Shown here: piece by piece, positions 48,001 through 59,070 of the stretch
How the letters are laid out: each line of letters opens with the position of its first letter
Numbering within the stretch: the first letter of the stretch is position 1
Source: Amoebophrya sp. A120
Taxonomy: Eukaryota > Protista > Dinoflagellata
Length of the DNA stretch: 64,000 nt
Assembly: GCA_905178155.1 (NCBI GenBank)
Contig: CAJINV010000010.1
Location: 2,054,778 to 2,118,777 of the forward strand
Direction: 5' to 3'
The notes under the pieces: model-generated
Databases searched by the model: none
Told to the model about the DNA's origin: nothing
The model's input: the letters and a program-made list of their open reading frames with translations, nothing else
Translations under genes and position numbers: made by a program

Positions 48001-51000
48001 GTGCCGGATTTGTGACGCGAGAGTTGCAAGCTTGCCCCTTTCACTGTTGCGGTTCTTGCATCACAAATTCATGCAACAGTTCAGAATGTAACGCTTGAGA
48101 ACGCCATACAGGCGCAGAGCTCCGTGCAGAGCGGGTAGGACGGGTTGTTCAGAGAATTTTCGTACCTGATATCGCAAGAAAAAACTGTTTCACTGTATTA
48201 AACTTGTAATGCAGAGAATATATCTGGGAAGTGTTTGTCTTGCTACACATGCAAGACAATGGATGTTTAGCTGTGTTTCCCCTTAGGGAGCACACATGGC
48301 AAATTCTCTCTGTGACGAAGAGCAAACTTGTGATGCAGAACTTGCAAAATCCTTACAGTGAAACACTTTTTTCGTACGATACCTGATAATCTTATGTTAA
48401 TACGGTTGTTTTCTTATGCTTTCAAAAGACTTAGACTCTTAGAAAAAGCGTGCCGCTATGAGCGCGGCACCCCCCATTTCATGCGAAAAAATACTCAAAA
48501 ATAAATTTTAGCAGCCAAACGAAATAATAAGTGTTTTAATCACGAACCATCAAGTGTTGCAACAGCAGCAACGTTCTTGTCACAAATGATACCCGTGACA
48601 TGTGAACCCGAATACGAGCTGCTGAATCCAGTTGTCCGTCCTGACATCGTACCAAAGCGAATTCCTCTTACTTGAATCCACCAAATCGATTGTGCCGCTG
48701 TTTTCCGGGTAGTAGGGACACTTGTAGCTGTAACTGGACTCCGTCGGGCCCCCTTGTATCCACCCCACTGTCTCTACCAAATGTAAAAATGTCTGGGTCT
48801 GGAAACTTGTGATGCTGGGTGGCGTCTCATGATGAGGCTACAGATGCTGGCTCAGCATGACAAGTTTCTGAGCTCCTAGGTGTTGCCTCTTCTGCATGAC
48901 AAACTGCGCTTCTGCATCACAGAAAAGCGGAGCTCTTGGGTAACGTGCATGACAGATTTAAGGGTCAGGCCAGACAAGCATGACAAACATGAATTCTTCC
49001 AGACCCAGACATTTTTACATTTGATAGTCTCTCTCAGAAGATTATTCCTATCATGGTAACACGGGTCCGCCAGCAGGTTTTGGCTCGGCGCCCCGTATGA
49101 AATGCAAAAGTATCGTACTCGTATAAATGCATTACAAATTTCCTCAGCATGAGAAAAATAAATTTGTAATGCGGGTCTGCCTTAAGAGCAAGATTTGTAA
49201 TGCATGTTTGCGATTACTACGAGTACGATACTTTTGCACAGGATACCCCGCCCGGGCCGGCCATGCAGGTGTTCCAAGAGTCATCGTAGTACCGCCATCC
49301 CCCACCGGCGGCCGTTACCTAATAGTTTTTCTTTGACGGTTCGACTTTAGCTTTATGATTTAATATTTTGTTTGGGTAAAGGTGTAGACCAGGGCCCCCA
49401 GGACCAGGGCCCCCAGGACCAGGGCCCCCAGGACCCGGGCCCCTAGGACCAGGGCCCCTAGGACCAGGGCCCCTACGGACTGGGGCCCCAGTCGTGTCTC
49501 AGAATCTGGCGTCCCGGAATCTGGTGTGCCGGGGCCCATACGGACTGGGGCCCCAGTCGTGTCCCAGAATCTGGCGTCCCGGAATCTGGACTGTCATGGT
49601 GACAAGAATTTGAGATGTCTCTCGTTAGCACTTTGAGCTGCATCCCTGTCCACTCAAGCAGTGCTTTTGCTGGGAAATACAATACAAACGGCGCCCGTCG
49701 CATTGTAAATAGATCTGGGCCTGCACAACTAAGAACTTGTGACGCGTGTCGAGGAATATAGAAAGCGAAAGAGATGCTCTGGGTAGTCAGCAGACTGCGT
49801 CACATATTACGTGTGGCCTGCCTTCTTCCACCTCCTGGCCCGATGCTAGGACTTACATGACACGCATACTTGGTGGCCCAGATACGCTGGCGGCAGCTCC
49901 GGTTCCGGCCGCGCCTCGCCGTGTACCAGATTCCGGGACGCCGTTCAGTCCGTAGGGGCCCCAGTCCGTAGGGGCCCTGGTCCTCGGGGCCCTGGTCCTG
50001 GGGGCCCTGGTCCCAGGGGCCCTGGTCTGAGCAGGGGCCCTGGTCTACCCGGATACCTTTTGTTTGCCATGCTAAAAATAAATAAGGCACTGAATTTATT
50101 CCTCGACCATCCTGATTTATGTTGATGCCACTAAACCGTCGAAGGACCCCACGTGTCACAAGAATCCATGGTGATAAAAACTGCACTAAGACAGGCACTG
50201 AGCAGTTTCAAAAGTATAAGGTACCTGACTGGTGCTGTTGAACTGGAAACAGGTCGCGCACTTCGCTCGGGAGCTGTACGTGCAATGGTGATCTGGGTAG
50301 ACGAGAATTCCTTGCGCGTAGTATCGAAGAAAAAAGTGGTAACGTTGAAACGGTTTTCATAGATTGCAAATATAAATGAGAAATTTCGCCTAGCATGCAT
50401 GCTATGCTTGCCAAGTTTGGGCACGTTTTGTGCTGCACTACTGCATCACAAATTCCGTATAACGTTAACACTTTTTCCTGTGGCACGTAGGCGAAAGCGG
50501 CAATCAGGGAGATCGACCATCCAAAAATGCCGACGAAAGTCAACGTCGACCAAAGCTTCACATTGTCCGCTGGCTTGCCGTCTATGCAATACAAATTTCC
50601 CTTACATGTACAAGGTCAATCACAAATTTCACCAATTTAGAGTGTGACGCTTGTCATGCTAGTAAACTAGGATCGGAGCCAATGTTTTTCATGCAGAGAC
50701 CGCATTTGTAGTACGGGAAATTTACTGTGGATACCGTCCACGCAAATGCAACAACATTGCGGCTGATCCAGATCCTGTTTTTGGATGAAGAGGAGTTCCG
50801 AAGATACCCAACAGAGAGTGTTAGACCAAGAGCAACATGAGAAATCATAGATCACTTTTTACAGTTTTTTACTTGTACTTCTCCACGCATTCTAAGAACG
50901 ACGGACCAAGGAAAATGGCCGCTGCTATCAAGGCTAGGCAAAGTTATGTATGAAGGGGAAGACAACAATCTTCAGCTACATCTCTTCATTTCTCTACTAG

Positions 51001-52864
51001 TAAGTACCCTCGGCACCGAGCTGGCTTTGTGTCCAAAAATCGCCAGCCAGGGGGCGACGCAACAGTTGGCGCATATCCTGTGCAAAAGTATCGCACTCGT
51101 ACAAATGCGAGTCTTATCTTGTTTCCAAGGCAAATCCGCATTACAAATTCTATTCTATTTCTCATGCTAAGAAAATTTGTAATGCATTTATACGAGTACG
51201 ATACTTTTGCAGTTCATAGCGCAGTAGTTGCAGCAACCGGTGAAAAAGCAGATGATTGCGCAGGCCACTGCGAGATTTCCGTTTCGCCTGACCCGGTCGA
51301 TATCCTCGGCGTATTTGGATTCCATGGATTGTATGCATTTTCGCAAATTAAGATGTCACGTGTATCTGGAACTCAAACTCATTTTTGCAAGACTCGTAAG
51401 AGCGTCAGGCTGGAAAGAGGACGCCGGAACAAGATGAAGCAGTGACGCACCGTGCGCAACAGCACAAGTGCTCGTTGGTGATATGCAGAAACGCGATTTC
51501 ATTTTACGCGGAGTAGGCAACTAAGTAACAGATAGCCGCTCGGAAACTTGTCGTGCGCACTAGCTCCGTATCTATTCACGTGTGTTAGCGCAATAGAACT
51601 TTCCAGACCAAAACGTACTACATACTTGCATGTGATAGATTGGTGCGAAGAATTCGGATTTACCGGGTTCGCCGGGTTGTCGTTGGACAGAGGCTATGCA
51701 TTGCAAAAATTATCGTACTCGTATAAAAATAAATGCATTACAAATTTCCACAGCATCAGAAATAAAATTTGTAATGCAGATTTGCCTTGGACTGCAAAAT
51801 TTGTAATGCAAGACTTGCATTTGTACGAGTACGATACTTTTGCACAGGATAGAGGCGTCATGATCACGTTGGGATTCGTGGACATGTTCATCTGGTCGTT
51901 TTGCCGGTTATTGCTCCTGTAGGACTGATATCAAATGTAAAAGTCCCTGGACGTCTGGAAGAATGCAACTTGTCATGCTGTCTTTGGATTCCAAAAAAAT
52001 CGGTATTGCGTGACCAGCAACAGGAGTCCAGTTTGTGTTACGCGGAGAGGGAATTTCTCATGCGGAATAGGCTTCACTAGGGAGCCCTCTAAAAACCTGT
52101 GATGCTAGATCATGCATTACATGCATCATGGATCATACAAAATACGCATCACAAATCCCGAAATCTTGCAGACCCAGACATTTTTGCATTTGATAACTGA
52201 TTCGCGGTCGCTGCGCTGGGAACGCCGACCAGGACGCGGTGCGAGGTGGAGGAGGCTGCGGCGGTTTGGCCTGTAGCTGGAACCTATCAACTGCAAATAT
52301 GTCTGGGTCTACTGGAAACTTGTAATGCTAAAAGTGGATGATAGCCGGACTGCAATACGCTGCCAAGCATGACAAATTTTTGAGCTGCTGTGTGTTGCGT
52401 ATTCCGCAATCGTTTTTACAGGACAGGTACGAGAGCCTTTTCGTGCCCATGCATCACAGATTATCGACTCATGGCATGCCAGACATGCATGACAAATGTA
52501 AGAATCTTCCAGACCCAGACATATTTGCAATGCATAGAACCTGGTAAACCAGCGTCTGACTGGACATCATTCCGACGGGGGGTGCAGGTGCACCTCCCCC
52601 TATGCAGGAAAAAAACTGTGTAAGTGTAACTTTCTTGGTGGAACAGCATCACAAGTTTGCTCTGCATGACAGAGAAAACCTGTCATGCGTAGCTAGTATC
52701 AGTGAAAACACGTAAGAAAAGTGCCTCTGTTGCATGTCCAGCATGACAGTTATGACTGTCTTGCATCGTCTGGAACACAAAGTTACACTTACACAGATTT
52801 TTTCTTGGATACCCCCCCCCGCTGGTGCTGCACCGGACCGACCTTGCTGCTCAAGGGGTTGCAT
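45034..52864 (-). CDS. Uncharacterised multi-exon, Cys-rich, probably membrane protein (may be more than one gene)
   Basis: In-frame joins across many introners (e.g. PLCTELCAC-LGGHTEQTEQ-SRSSESYAMFAIVLSIIST-LSMIFLCAV; CICVDG-KPADNVKLWSTLTFVGIFGWSISLIAAF); several GT-AG introns; some junctions unresolved; no recognised domain. Confidence 0.5.
45680..45958. mobile_element. Introner, family A
   Basis: Family-A TIR; TSD TCTGG/TCTGA. Confidence 0.87.
46274..46535. mobile_element. Introner, family A
   Basis: Perfect TSD TGTCC. Confidence 0.92.
46563..46829. mobile_element. Introner, family A
   Basis: TSD GGGAC/GCGAC; only 27 bp from the previous element. Confidence 0.87.
47358..47615. mobile_element. 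Introner, family A (degenerate)
   Basis: TSD GGTGC/GGTAC. Confidence 0.83.
47677..47835. mobile_element. Introner, family B
   Basis: Perfect TSD ACTGC. Confidence 0.9.
47873..48108. mobile_element. Introner, family H
   Basis: Perfect TSD CAGGC; inverted homologue of 29845. Confidence 0.92.
48170..48381. mobile_element. Introner, family I, inserted at a canonical splice acceptor
   Basis: TIR TATCG.A.GAAAAAA.TGTTTCACTGTA; perfect TSD CCTGA (TCAG|G on the minus strand). Confidence 0.9.
48775..49026. mobile_element. Introner, family A (young subfamily)
   Basis: Perfect TSD GTCTC; near-identical to 21429. Confidence 0.93.
49096..49245. mobile_element. Introner, family B
   Basis: Perfect TSD CCCCG. 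Confidence 0.92.
49382..50050. mobile_element. Foldback-type non-autonomous element inside a canonical intron
   Basis: GTAGACCAGGGCCCC...GGGGCCCTGGTCTAC ends; arms built of 15-bp GGACCAGGGCCCCCA tandem repeats and inverted GGCGTCCCGGAATCTGG; no clear TSD. Confidence 0.75.
50583..50733. mobile_element. Introner, family L
   Basis: TATGCAATACAAATTTCCC...GGGAAATTTACTGTGGATA; perfect TSD CCGTC. Confidence 0.87.
51074..51218. mobile_element. Introner, family B
   Basis: Perfect TSD GCGCA. Confidence 0.92.
51695..51851. mobile_element. Introner, family B
   Basis: Perfect TSD GAGGC; opposite orientation to 51074. Confidence 0.92.
51929..52195. mobile_element. Introner, family A
   Basis: Perfect TSD ACTGA. 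Confidence 0.92.
52285..52536. mobile_element. Introner, family A
   Basis: Perfect TSD GAACC; inverted homologue of 58002. Confidence 0.92.
52601..52811. mobile_element. Introner, family G
   Basis: TIR AAAAA.CTGTGTAAGTGTAACTTT; TSD CCCCC. Confidence 0.92.
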
Positions 52865-53420
52865 CCTCGTCTTTGGGGGCGTCGGCGTGTGTGGTCCAGT
52901 AGGTTCAGGCAGCGACGAAGCTGCGCGCAAGAGCAGGGAGTTGTAGAGCGTAGCACTTTTTAGACGCGCGAGTCTTCCATCTTCTTTTAATATCCGACAG
53001 TTGTATGGCTTTGAAAGGACACAACGATAAACAAAACTTCTTTAGCTTTGTTTACGTTTAAAAACCAGGCAGAGCAATACTTTACATCCGGTTTCTTTTT
53101 CAGAAACCTGTGCTCCAGAACAATATTTTTTTTCCGAAACAATCTTTGCTATAACGCACGACCACTCAATCGCTCTTGCTCGTCCTTGTCGTCGCACACT
53201 GTGCCACTGTGCCACAGGGGAGGGGTGGTGGGAATAAAGAGTTGTAGAACTGCAGTAAAAATATTGTTGATGCAATAGCACATTGAGACTTTCTCCGTGC
53301 CGCGGCGGCTCCCTCAAATGATACAACCTAGAGAGCAGAGGCTTCATCGTTTCTCTCTGTTACTTTTCGCGCTCCTGAAGAGGGGCAGTGAATGATGCGT
53401 ACTTATCACTCGTTTACGTA

Positions 53421-53727
53421 TATGGAAGCGTCAGGTTTGAAATCGTCAAAGTTGAAATAATTTGTAATGCATAAAATGCATGACCCGAGGCACGTGTGTT
53501 GCAGAGCAGGCAAGTGAGGTCGATTGTAAGCCTGTTTCGGGTTACAGCTCGAGCTGCTAAAGTAGCACGAGAAAATCGCTCTTCTTTGCCTAAACAGCGT
53601 GACAAACTGGATTTAGGGACCACCGAAATTTGTCATGCGCCACTCGGAAACTGGGTTCCAACTGGCATCCATTTTATGCATGACAAACTATTTCAACTTT
53701 GACGATTTCAATCCTGACACTCCCATA
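53421..53727. mobile_element. Introner-family MITE, family D, apparently intergenic or UTR
   Basis: Long TIR GTCAGG.TTGAAATCGTCAAAG; TSD ACGTA/TCGTA. Confidence 0.9.
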
Positions 53728-54355
53728 TCGTAGCTGGCACGAGTTCAATTTCCGAACACGGCACGACGAAAGGAAGCAGCCTTTTTCCAAGTAGAAGAAC
53801 GGGTTGAAGAAGAACGGGGTGATTCGCAATTGAATGAGTTTGAGTCAAGGGGGGAACTATAGTTGTCAATGGGGCTGTTGATAACTGATGCTGATTCGTG
53901 CGGGGTTGGCTGGGGGTGAAGATTATACTGGTACTGTAAAAATATCACTCAAGTGAAAGCAATTGGCTTACCAGGGAAACGGCATCGCTGTGGTCGTGGT
54001 GTGGGTGGATCGGAATAAACTGCGATGCTAAAAAACGGGCAACTGCATATAAATATCATTTTTACAACTAGAGGCGAAATTCAAATTTCGAATGTCAAAT
54101 GGATGGGCGAGAAGCTGAAAAACTGACTACTGATTGTTAGAAGAAAAAAACGAAGATTTTACCTAGATTCAAATATGGACCAGAAAATTAACGCCCAAGC
54201 ATCGCGGTCGTCCGTGTTTGATTTGTAGTTTCTTGTACGACGCAGTCCGTGGGGAAATCCTTTGCGGTCCTCTTTTGGGATAGTAGATAGTAAAAAAGAA
54301 AAACTGCAGCATTATATATACTACAGCACGACTGTAGCAGAAACTTGCTGCGCAA

Positions 54356-54800
54356 CTACTTTGTCAGCATGCTCGTGGGGCCCGCGCAATACCAATCCCT
54401 TTTACCATTACCCTCGTGGAATACGGGGGACGCTGGAACCCCATCAGCGTACTTGAATTTGCTGCAATATTTTGAAAATCGCGCTTGCCGCTCTTGCAGC
54501 TGTTTTGGTGTCAGCTCCGTCTTCGGATCCCGAAGCGACTCGGGGTCGCCGAACACCTTTCCCATATTAGACTGGATCTGTCCTGGGAGAGCTTGAATTC
54601 CTGAAGTGTTCAATTTGAGCAGCGACCTTCACATTTGTGTGCATTCCCGGCAGAAGACAGCTGGGCCTTCCATCATGGACATGAACATAAAGAAAGTAGA
54701 AAGAACCCAGAACGAGAGGCGGACAACCACGCCAGAAGCGACGAGCCATGGCCTTGTCCGCAAAAGAATGAATAGCGTAGGACCCATACTTCTGCCTTAA
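54356..54800 (-). CDS. Small hypothetical protein (last two exons; 5' end unresolved)
   Basis: ORF 54356-54613 joins KYGSYAIHSFADKAMARRFWR through a plausible GT-AG intron (about 54601-54730). Confidence 0.45.
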
Positions 54801-56198
54801 TACTTCTATTTGATATTAGTGCCGTGGTAACTTTACTTACAACGAGCAGAGCCACGCTTGGTAGGTGTCTACTTGGAGGCTAACTACGGGGACAGCCGAA
54901 GCATTGCACCTAACTCATCTCAGCTTCCGACACGAACAAAACTCGTCATGCTTCCATCCAAATAACCAAAAAAGCTGGTAGTACCGATGAATTCTTCCTA
55001 CGGCATAAATCGTGCGAGGAAAAGATGGACATACACAAAAGATTCAATTTATGTAGTACCACTCCACTTCTTCTTCGCCGCCATTTTCTTCCCCTTCCCA
55101 CCCGCGCTCACCTTTTTCGTCCCAACGTCAACTTCCAAAAAGCTCCCCCCGTCCTCGCTCCCGACCCACTGATGAGTGGGGCGGGGGGGGGGGGGGGGGG
55201 GTGGATTGCCGTGGCGGACACAGCGGCGGACGCAAAGAGGACTTTCTTCATTTTTTGCGAAAGGGTGGCGAGAAAAATTTGAATGATCTTGTACTGAACC
55301 TGAAGTGCTGTTTTATTGCGCTCGTGCTAACGATATTTCCTGTGGTTCTGCTTTGTCCTTTTTAGTGTGCTGTCTGTGAGGGCTCGTCCTATGTACTTCT
55401 ACTCTCGAACCGTGGTGATTGAGTTTCTCGAAGGAGAAAACTGCAAAATCTGTCCTGTGGATTTTTCGTGTGTGTCTGTAGAAGCCAATTGTAAAGCAAG
55501 AATGGATTCACAATTGATTTTTTGATTTTTTCTTGCAGCGCCTCACGTCCGCACCCTTTACTGGACGAGCATCCTCGGTAGGAATCAAAAAGAGTTTCTT
55601 TTACGAAGCTTTCTACGAAAGAACGACAATCACGCTACGCCTTGTTAAGTGGAAGCAGGACGAGGACGAAAAAGAACGATATTAGCAGGACCACGAGAAC
55701 TAACATTGCACCAGACACCCACGAAGTGCATGGTGCCAAGGGGACAGGAGAAAACGAGAAGCATATCAAGCTACTAAAACTCGAATGTTGAACGGCACGG
55801 AGACGAACAGAGACAGAGGTAGCGTTAGCACGACAACCCAACGACTACAACGAGGACCTCATAAATTGCATAAATTTCAACGCGACATCAAAGGCGATGA
55901 AGTATCTTCATCTCGATAGGGTTACTTTGTGAGAACAGACTGCTTGTTGTTGTTCCAGCGCGGCGTTTTATATTTTCTTTCATTACGACTAGAACTCCAT
56001 AGTCAATGTGGAAAAACTTCTCCTCATGTCGCTGTTAATGTTATGTTAGTTAGTCGCTGCAGAAACATCAAAAACGCGAAACCACTCACATGATTCACCT
56101 GCGTCTTTTCGCAGACGGTCGTGTAGATGAAGTCACAAATCTTTCCTTATAGCACTTACATCGCAAGAACTGGCGTCGTCAGAACACACCGAGGAGCT

Positions 56199-59030
56199 TC
56201 ATTCCCCCCTCGCCGCGTCCGCTGACGCTGCTACAGCTGCACTACCTGCTGAAACCCCAGACGACGCTCCTGCTCCAACTGCATCCAGCCCAACAGTCAT
56301 GTGGTCCGCACCAGCACTTGTTTGTTCTGTTTCACGTTCAATCACGTTCTCATGCACTTCCTTCTTCAAGACCGTCTCCTCCATGTCGCCGATAATGTCC
56401 TTGTACTGCGCTTCTGACTCTTTCATCATTTCCTCTTCCCGTTCCTGTACATACTTCGGTTTCTCCAAAAACTCGCACGCTTTTTTCGAGACGATTTTCC
56501 GGAACAGCTTCTCTGCGGTGAAAGCTTCGTCTTCGAGTATGCATTGCAAAAGTATCGTACTCGTATAAATGCATTACAAATTTCCTCAGCATTAGAAATA
56601 AAATTGGTAATGCTGATTTACCTTAACAAAAGGATTTGTAATGCATGATTGCAATACGAGTGCGATACTTTTGCACAGGATATCGAGAAGGAAGAGTGAA
56701 TTCGGAAGGAAATCGTCGGTGTGGAGGTTGGTATCAAAAGGAAAAATCCCCCCTCCCCAGATCAAAAACGAAATTTGTCATGCTGTCTTTGAGTACACAA
56801 ATCGGCTTGTAATGCCAGAAAGCCAAGAGCCGCAGTTGTGGCCTCGTTTGTAGGCAATTTGTCATTCTGTTTCCCACTTCCAGTTGCTCTCCGTCATGCT
56901 GCAGGCGCAAGGCTTTCCCACGCCAGCCAGCACTACACTCCGCACGTCTTTCCTTCTAAGTAGCATCACAAAGCTGATTTGTGACCGAAAATCTGCATCA
57001 CAGATTTACGTTTTGATATGGGGAGGGGGGATTTTTCTTCTTGATAGTTGGCGAAGGTGGTTCTCGGGGTAGCTTGCATTGCGCCTTGTGCTTGTTGTTC
57101 AACTTCAACAGGATCTGGATCTACAGACGGGCTATAATCTGTAGAAGTGGTGGATGACCTTGTAGTTTTCACCCGCTGTGCGTACGTGAGCTGCAAGAGA
57201 ACTTTGGTTTTCGGCATCCCCGGCTTTTCTTCTCCATTTAGTTCAACTACATCTTCGTAGCTGTACTGCAGCAGTTTCCGTACTTCGCAACTCAAATTTT
57301 CCAGCGCCTCGGCTAAAAGCTTGCTCTCATGTTGGTCTTCGTTTATTTCCTGATGCACAACATCCTGCTCTGCTGTCGCCGTCGCGGCAGTTGTTCCAGT
57401 GGCGGTTCTTTTTACTATATCAAAGACCTGCGCCGCGTGCACCGCGTGATAGCCCTCCGGCACCGTTCCTGACCGGTGGTCGAGTTGCATGATTTGAATC
57501 GGATTTTTATTTCTGTTGCACGATTTGGATGGGATTTGTAATGCTTGCTGCGGAACCACACAGAACCCAAACCCGGGAATCTCCAACAACGGCGAACCCG
57601 TGGTGACCCACAACAATCGGAGGGTGTATTTGCTGCTGGAGCTGGCTGGGTGCAGCAACTTTTTACATTCGAGGTCCCTTGTTCCTGTCGTAGTTGGCGC
57701 AGTACTATTTTTCTGCTGGTGCATCGGGACCGAATATTCCGGCCCAAGGACAATCGCCTCTCTGCACCGCACGAAGTCCTTGTTTGAAGCCCGGATACCG
57801 CGGACGACTTGGCTATTGTTCTTCGTCCGCTGATTGTTTCTGATCGTCCCTCCAGCACCTCGACCGGCAAGAAGAACATCAGCATGAAGCTCGTCTTTAT
57901 CATCATCACCTTCTTCACTCTGGTGCTCAACATCGAACAGAATCTCCTCGACCCCACACTCCAGCGCAAACACGACTTCGTGCAACGCGCCCATCCGAGT
58001 TTATCAAGTGTAAATATGTCTGGGTCTGGGAGATTGATGCTACATTTGTCATGCATGTCTGACATGACTCGTCGAGAATCTGTGATGCATCGGCACGAAC
58101 GAGTCGTGTTACTTGTCATGCAAAGACGCAGCTTGCCATGCGGAGTACGCAACACCTAGGAGCCCAAAAATTTGTCATGCCTGGCACCATATTGCAGCGC
58201 GCCTCCCATTCACTTTTAGCATTACAGCTTTCATCCAGACTCAGATAAATTTGCACTGGATAGAGTCCAGGCCTGCCCCACGTCGCTCGTGCCGTACATG
58301 GGGTACAGAAACGGGTATCCTGTGCAAAAGTATCGTACTCGTAGTAATTGCATTTTATGCATATACAAATCTCTTTCTCAAGGCAAAGCAGCATTACAAA
58401 TTTGATTTGTAATGCTGTGCTAATTTGTAATCCATTTATACGAGTGCGATACTTTTGCAATCCATAACGGGCTATCCGTCGCAAACCGGGTCATTGCGGA
58501 CGCGAATTGCGTCATCTTCACCAAGCCCTCCTCCTTGGAAAGAAGGGACGCTGGCTTCGATTTTTCCTTTTCCTGCTCCATGCACACCACGTGCAACACG
58601 TAGTCCTGCAGCCTCTGGCTCAAGTTCGCTTCCTTCAGAAAATCCGCGAAGAGCACGGTTTCGCAGGATAGCAAATCAACATCTTGGTCAACAGCGCTAG
58701 AAGTAGTTGTACTTCGGTCCCCGCCGCGGCTGCTTGAGGGTCCACGTCCACCAGCAGGAGCAAGTGTATTGAATATTGAATTCTTCTCGTGCTTATCGTG
58801 CCCCAACTTCGCCTCAGAGTTCAGCGCTACCGCGGACGTTTGGTTTAGGAACTTCATCAGCTGGCGCTTCTCCGCAAGCGAGAGATTCTTGCTCTGAAAG
58901 ATGCCGGATTTCGAGCACGGGACTTTGAGAAACTTGCTGGAAGAGGAGGAGGAGGCTGAGGAAATAGCTGTTGAGCTGCGGGTGGTTTTTGTTTTTCCTC
59001 CTGCACCTTTCGACGACGTTTCTCTTCCTG
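56199..59030 (-). CDS. Rab escort protein (REP/CHM/Mrs6) or Rab-GDI family protein; N-terminal exons not in the window
   Basis: KVPCSKSGIFQSKNLSLAEKRQLMKFL and SPFLYPMYGTSDVGQAWTRMGALH (assembled across elements 58316 and 58002) match GDI/REP conserved regions. Confidence 0.82.
56538..56682. mobile_element. Introner, family B
   Basis: Perfect TSD TCGAG. Confidence 0.92.
56732..57046. mobile_element. Introner, family C
   Basis: TIR TATCAA.AG.AAAAATCCCCCCTCCCCA; perfect TSD GTTGG. Confidence 0.93.
58002..58262. mobile_element. Introner, family A
   Basis: TSD GAGTT/GAGTC. Confidence 0.88.
58316..58466. mobile_element. Introner, family B
   Basis: Perfect TSD ACGGG. Confidence 0.92.
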
Positions 59031-59070
59031 TATGAACTGCAAAAGCATCGCACTCGTATAAATGCATTAC
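59031..59070. mobile_element. Left end only of a family-B introner (interrupted)
   Basis: TATGAACTGCAAAAGCATCGCACTCGTATAAATGCATTAC, then unrelated sequence; no partner TIR in the window. Confidence 0.8.

Noticed and set aside
50346-50461. Possible highly decayed introner flanked by AACGTT
   Set aside because: The TIR is barely detectable and the downstream frame is unresolved, so it is not listed as a feature
55177-55201. Poly-G tract as a functional G-quadruplex
   Set aside because: A homopolymer with no supporting context; its length is unreliable
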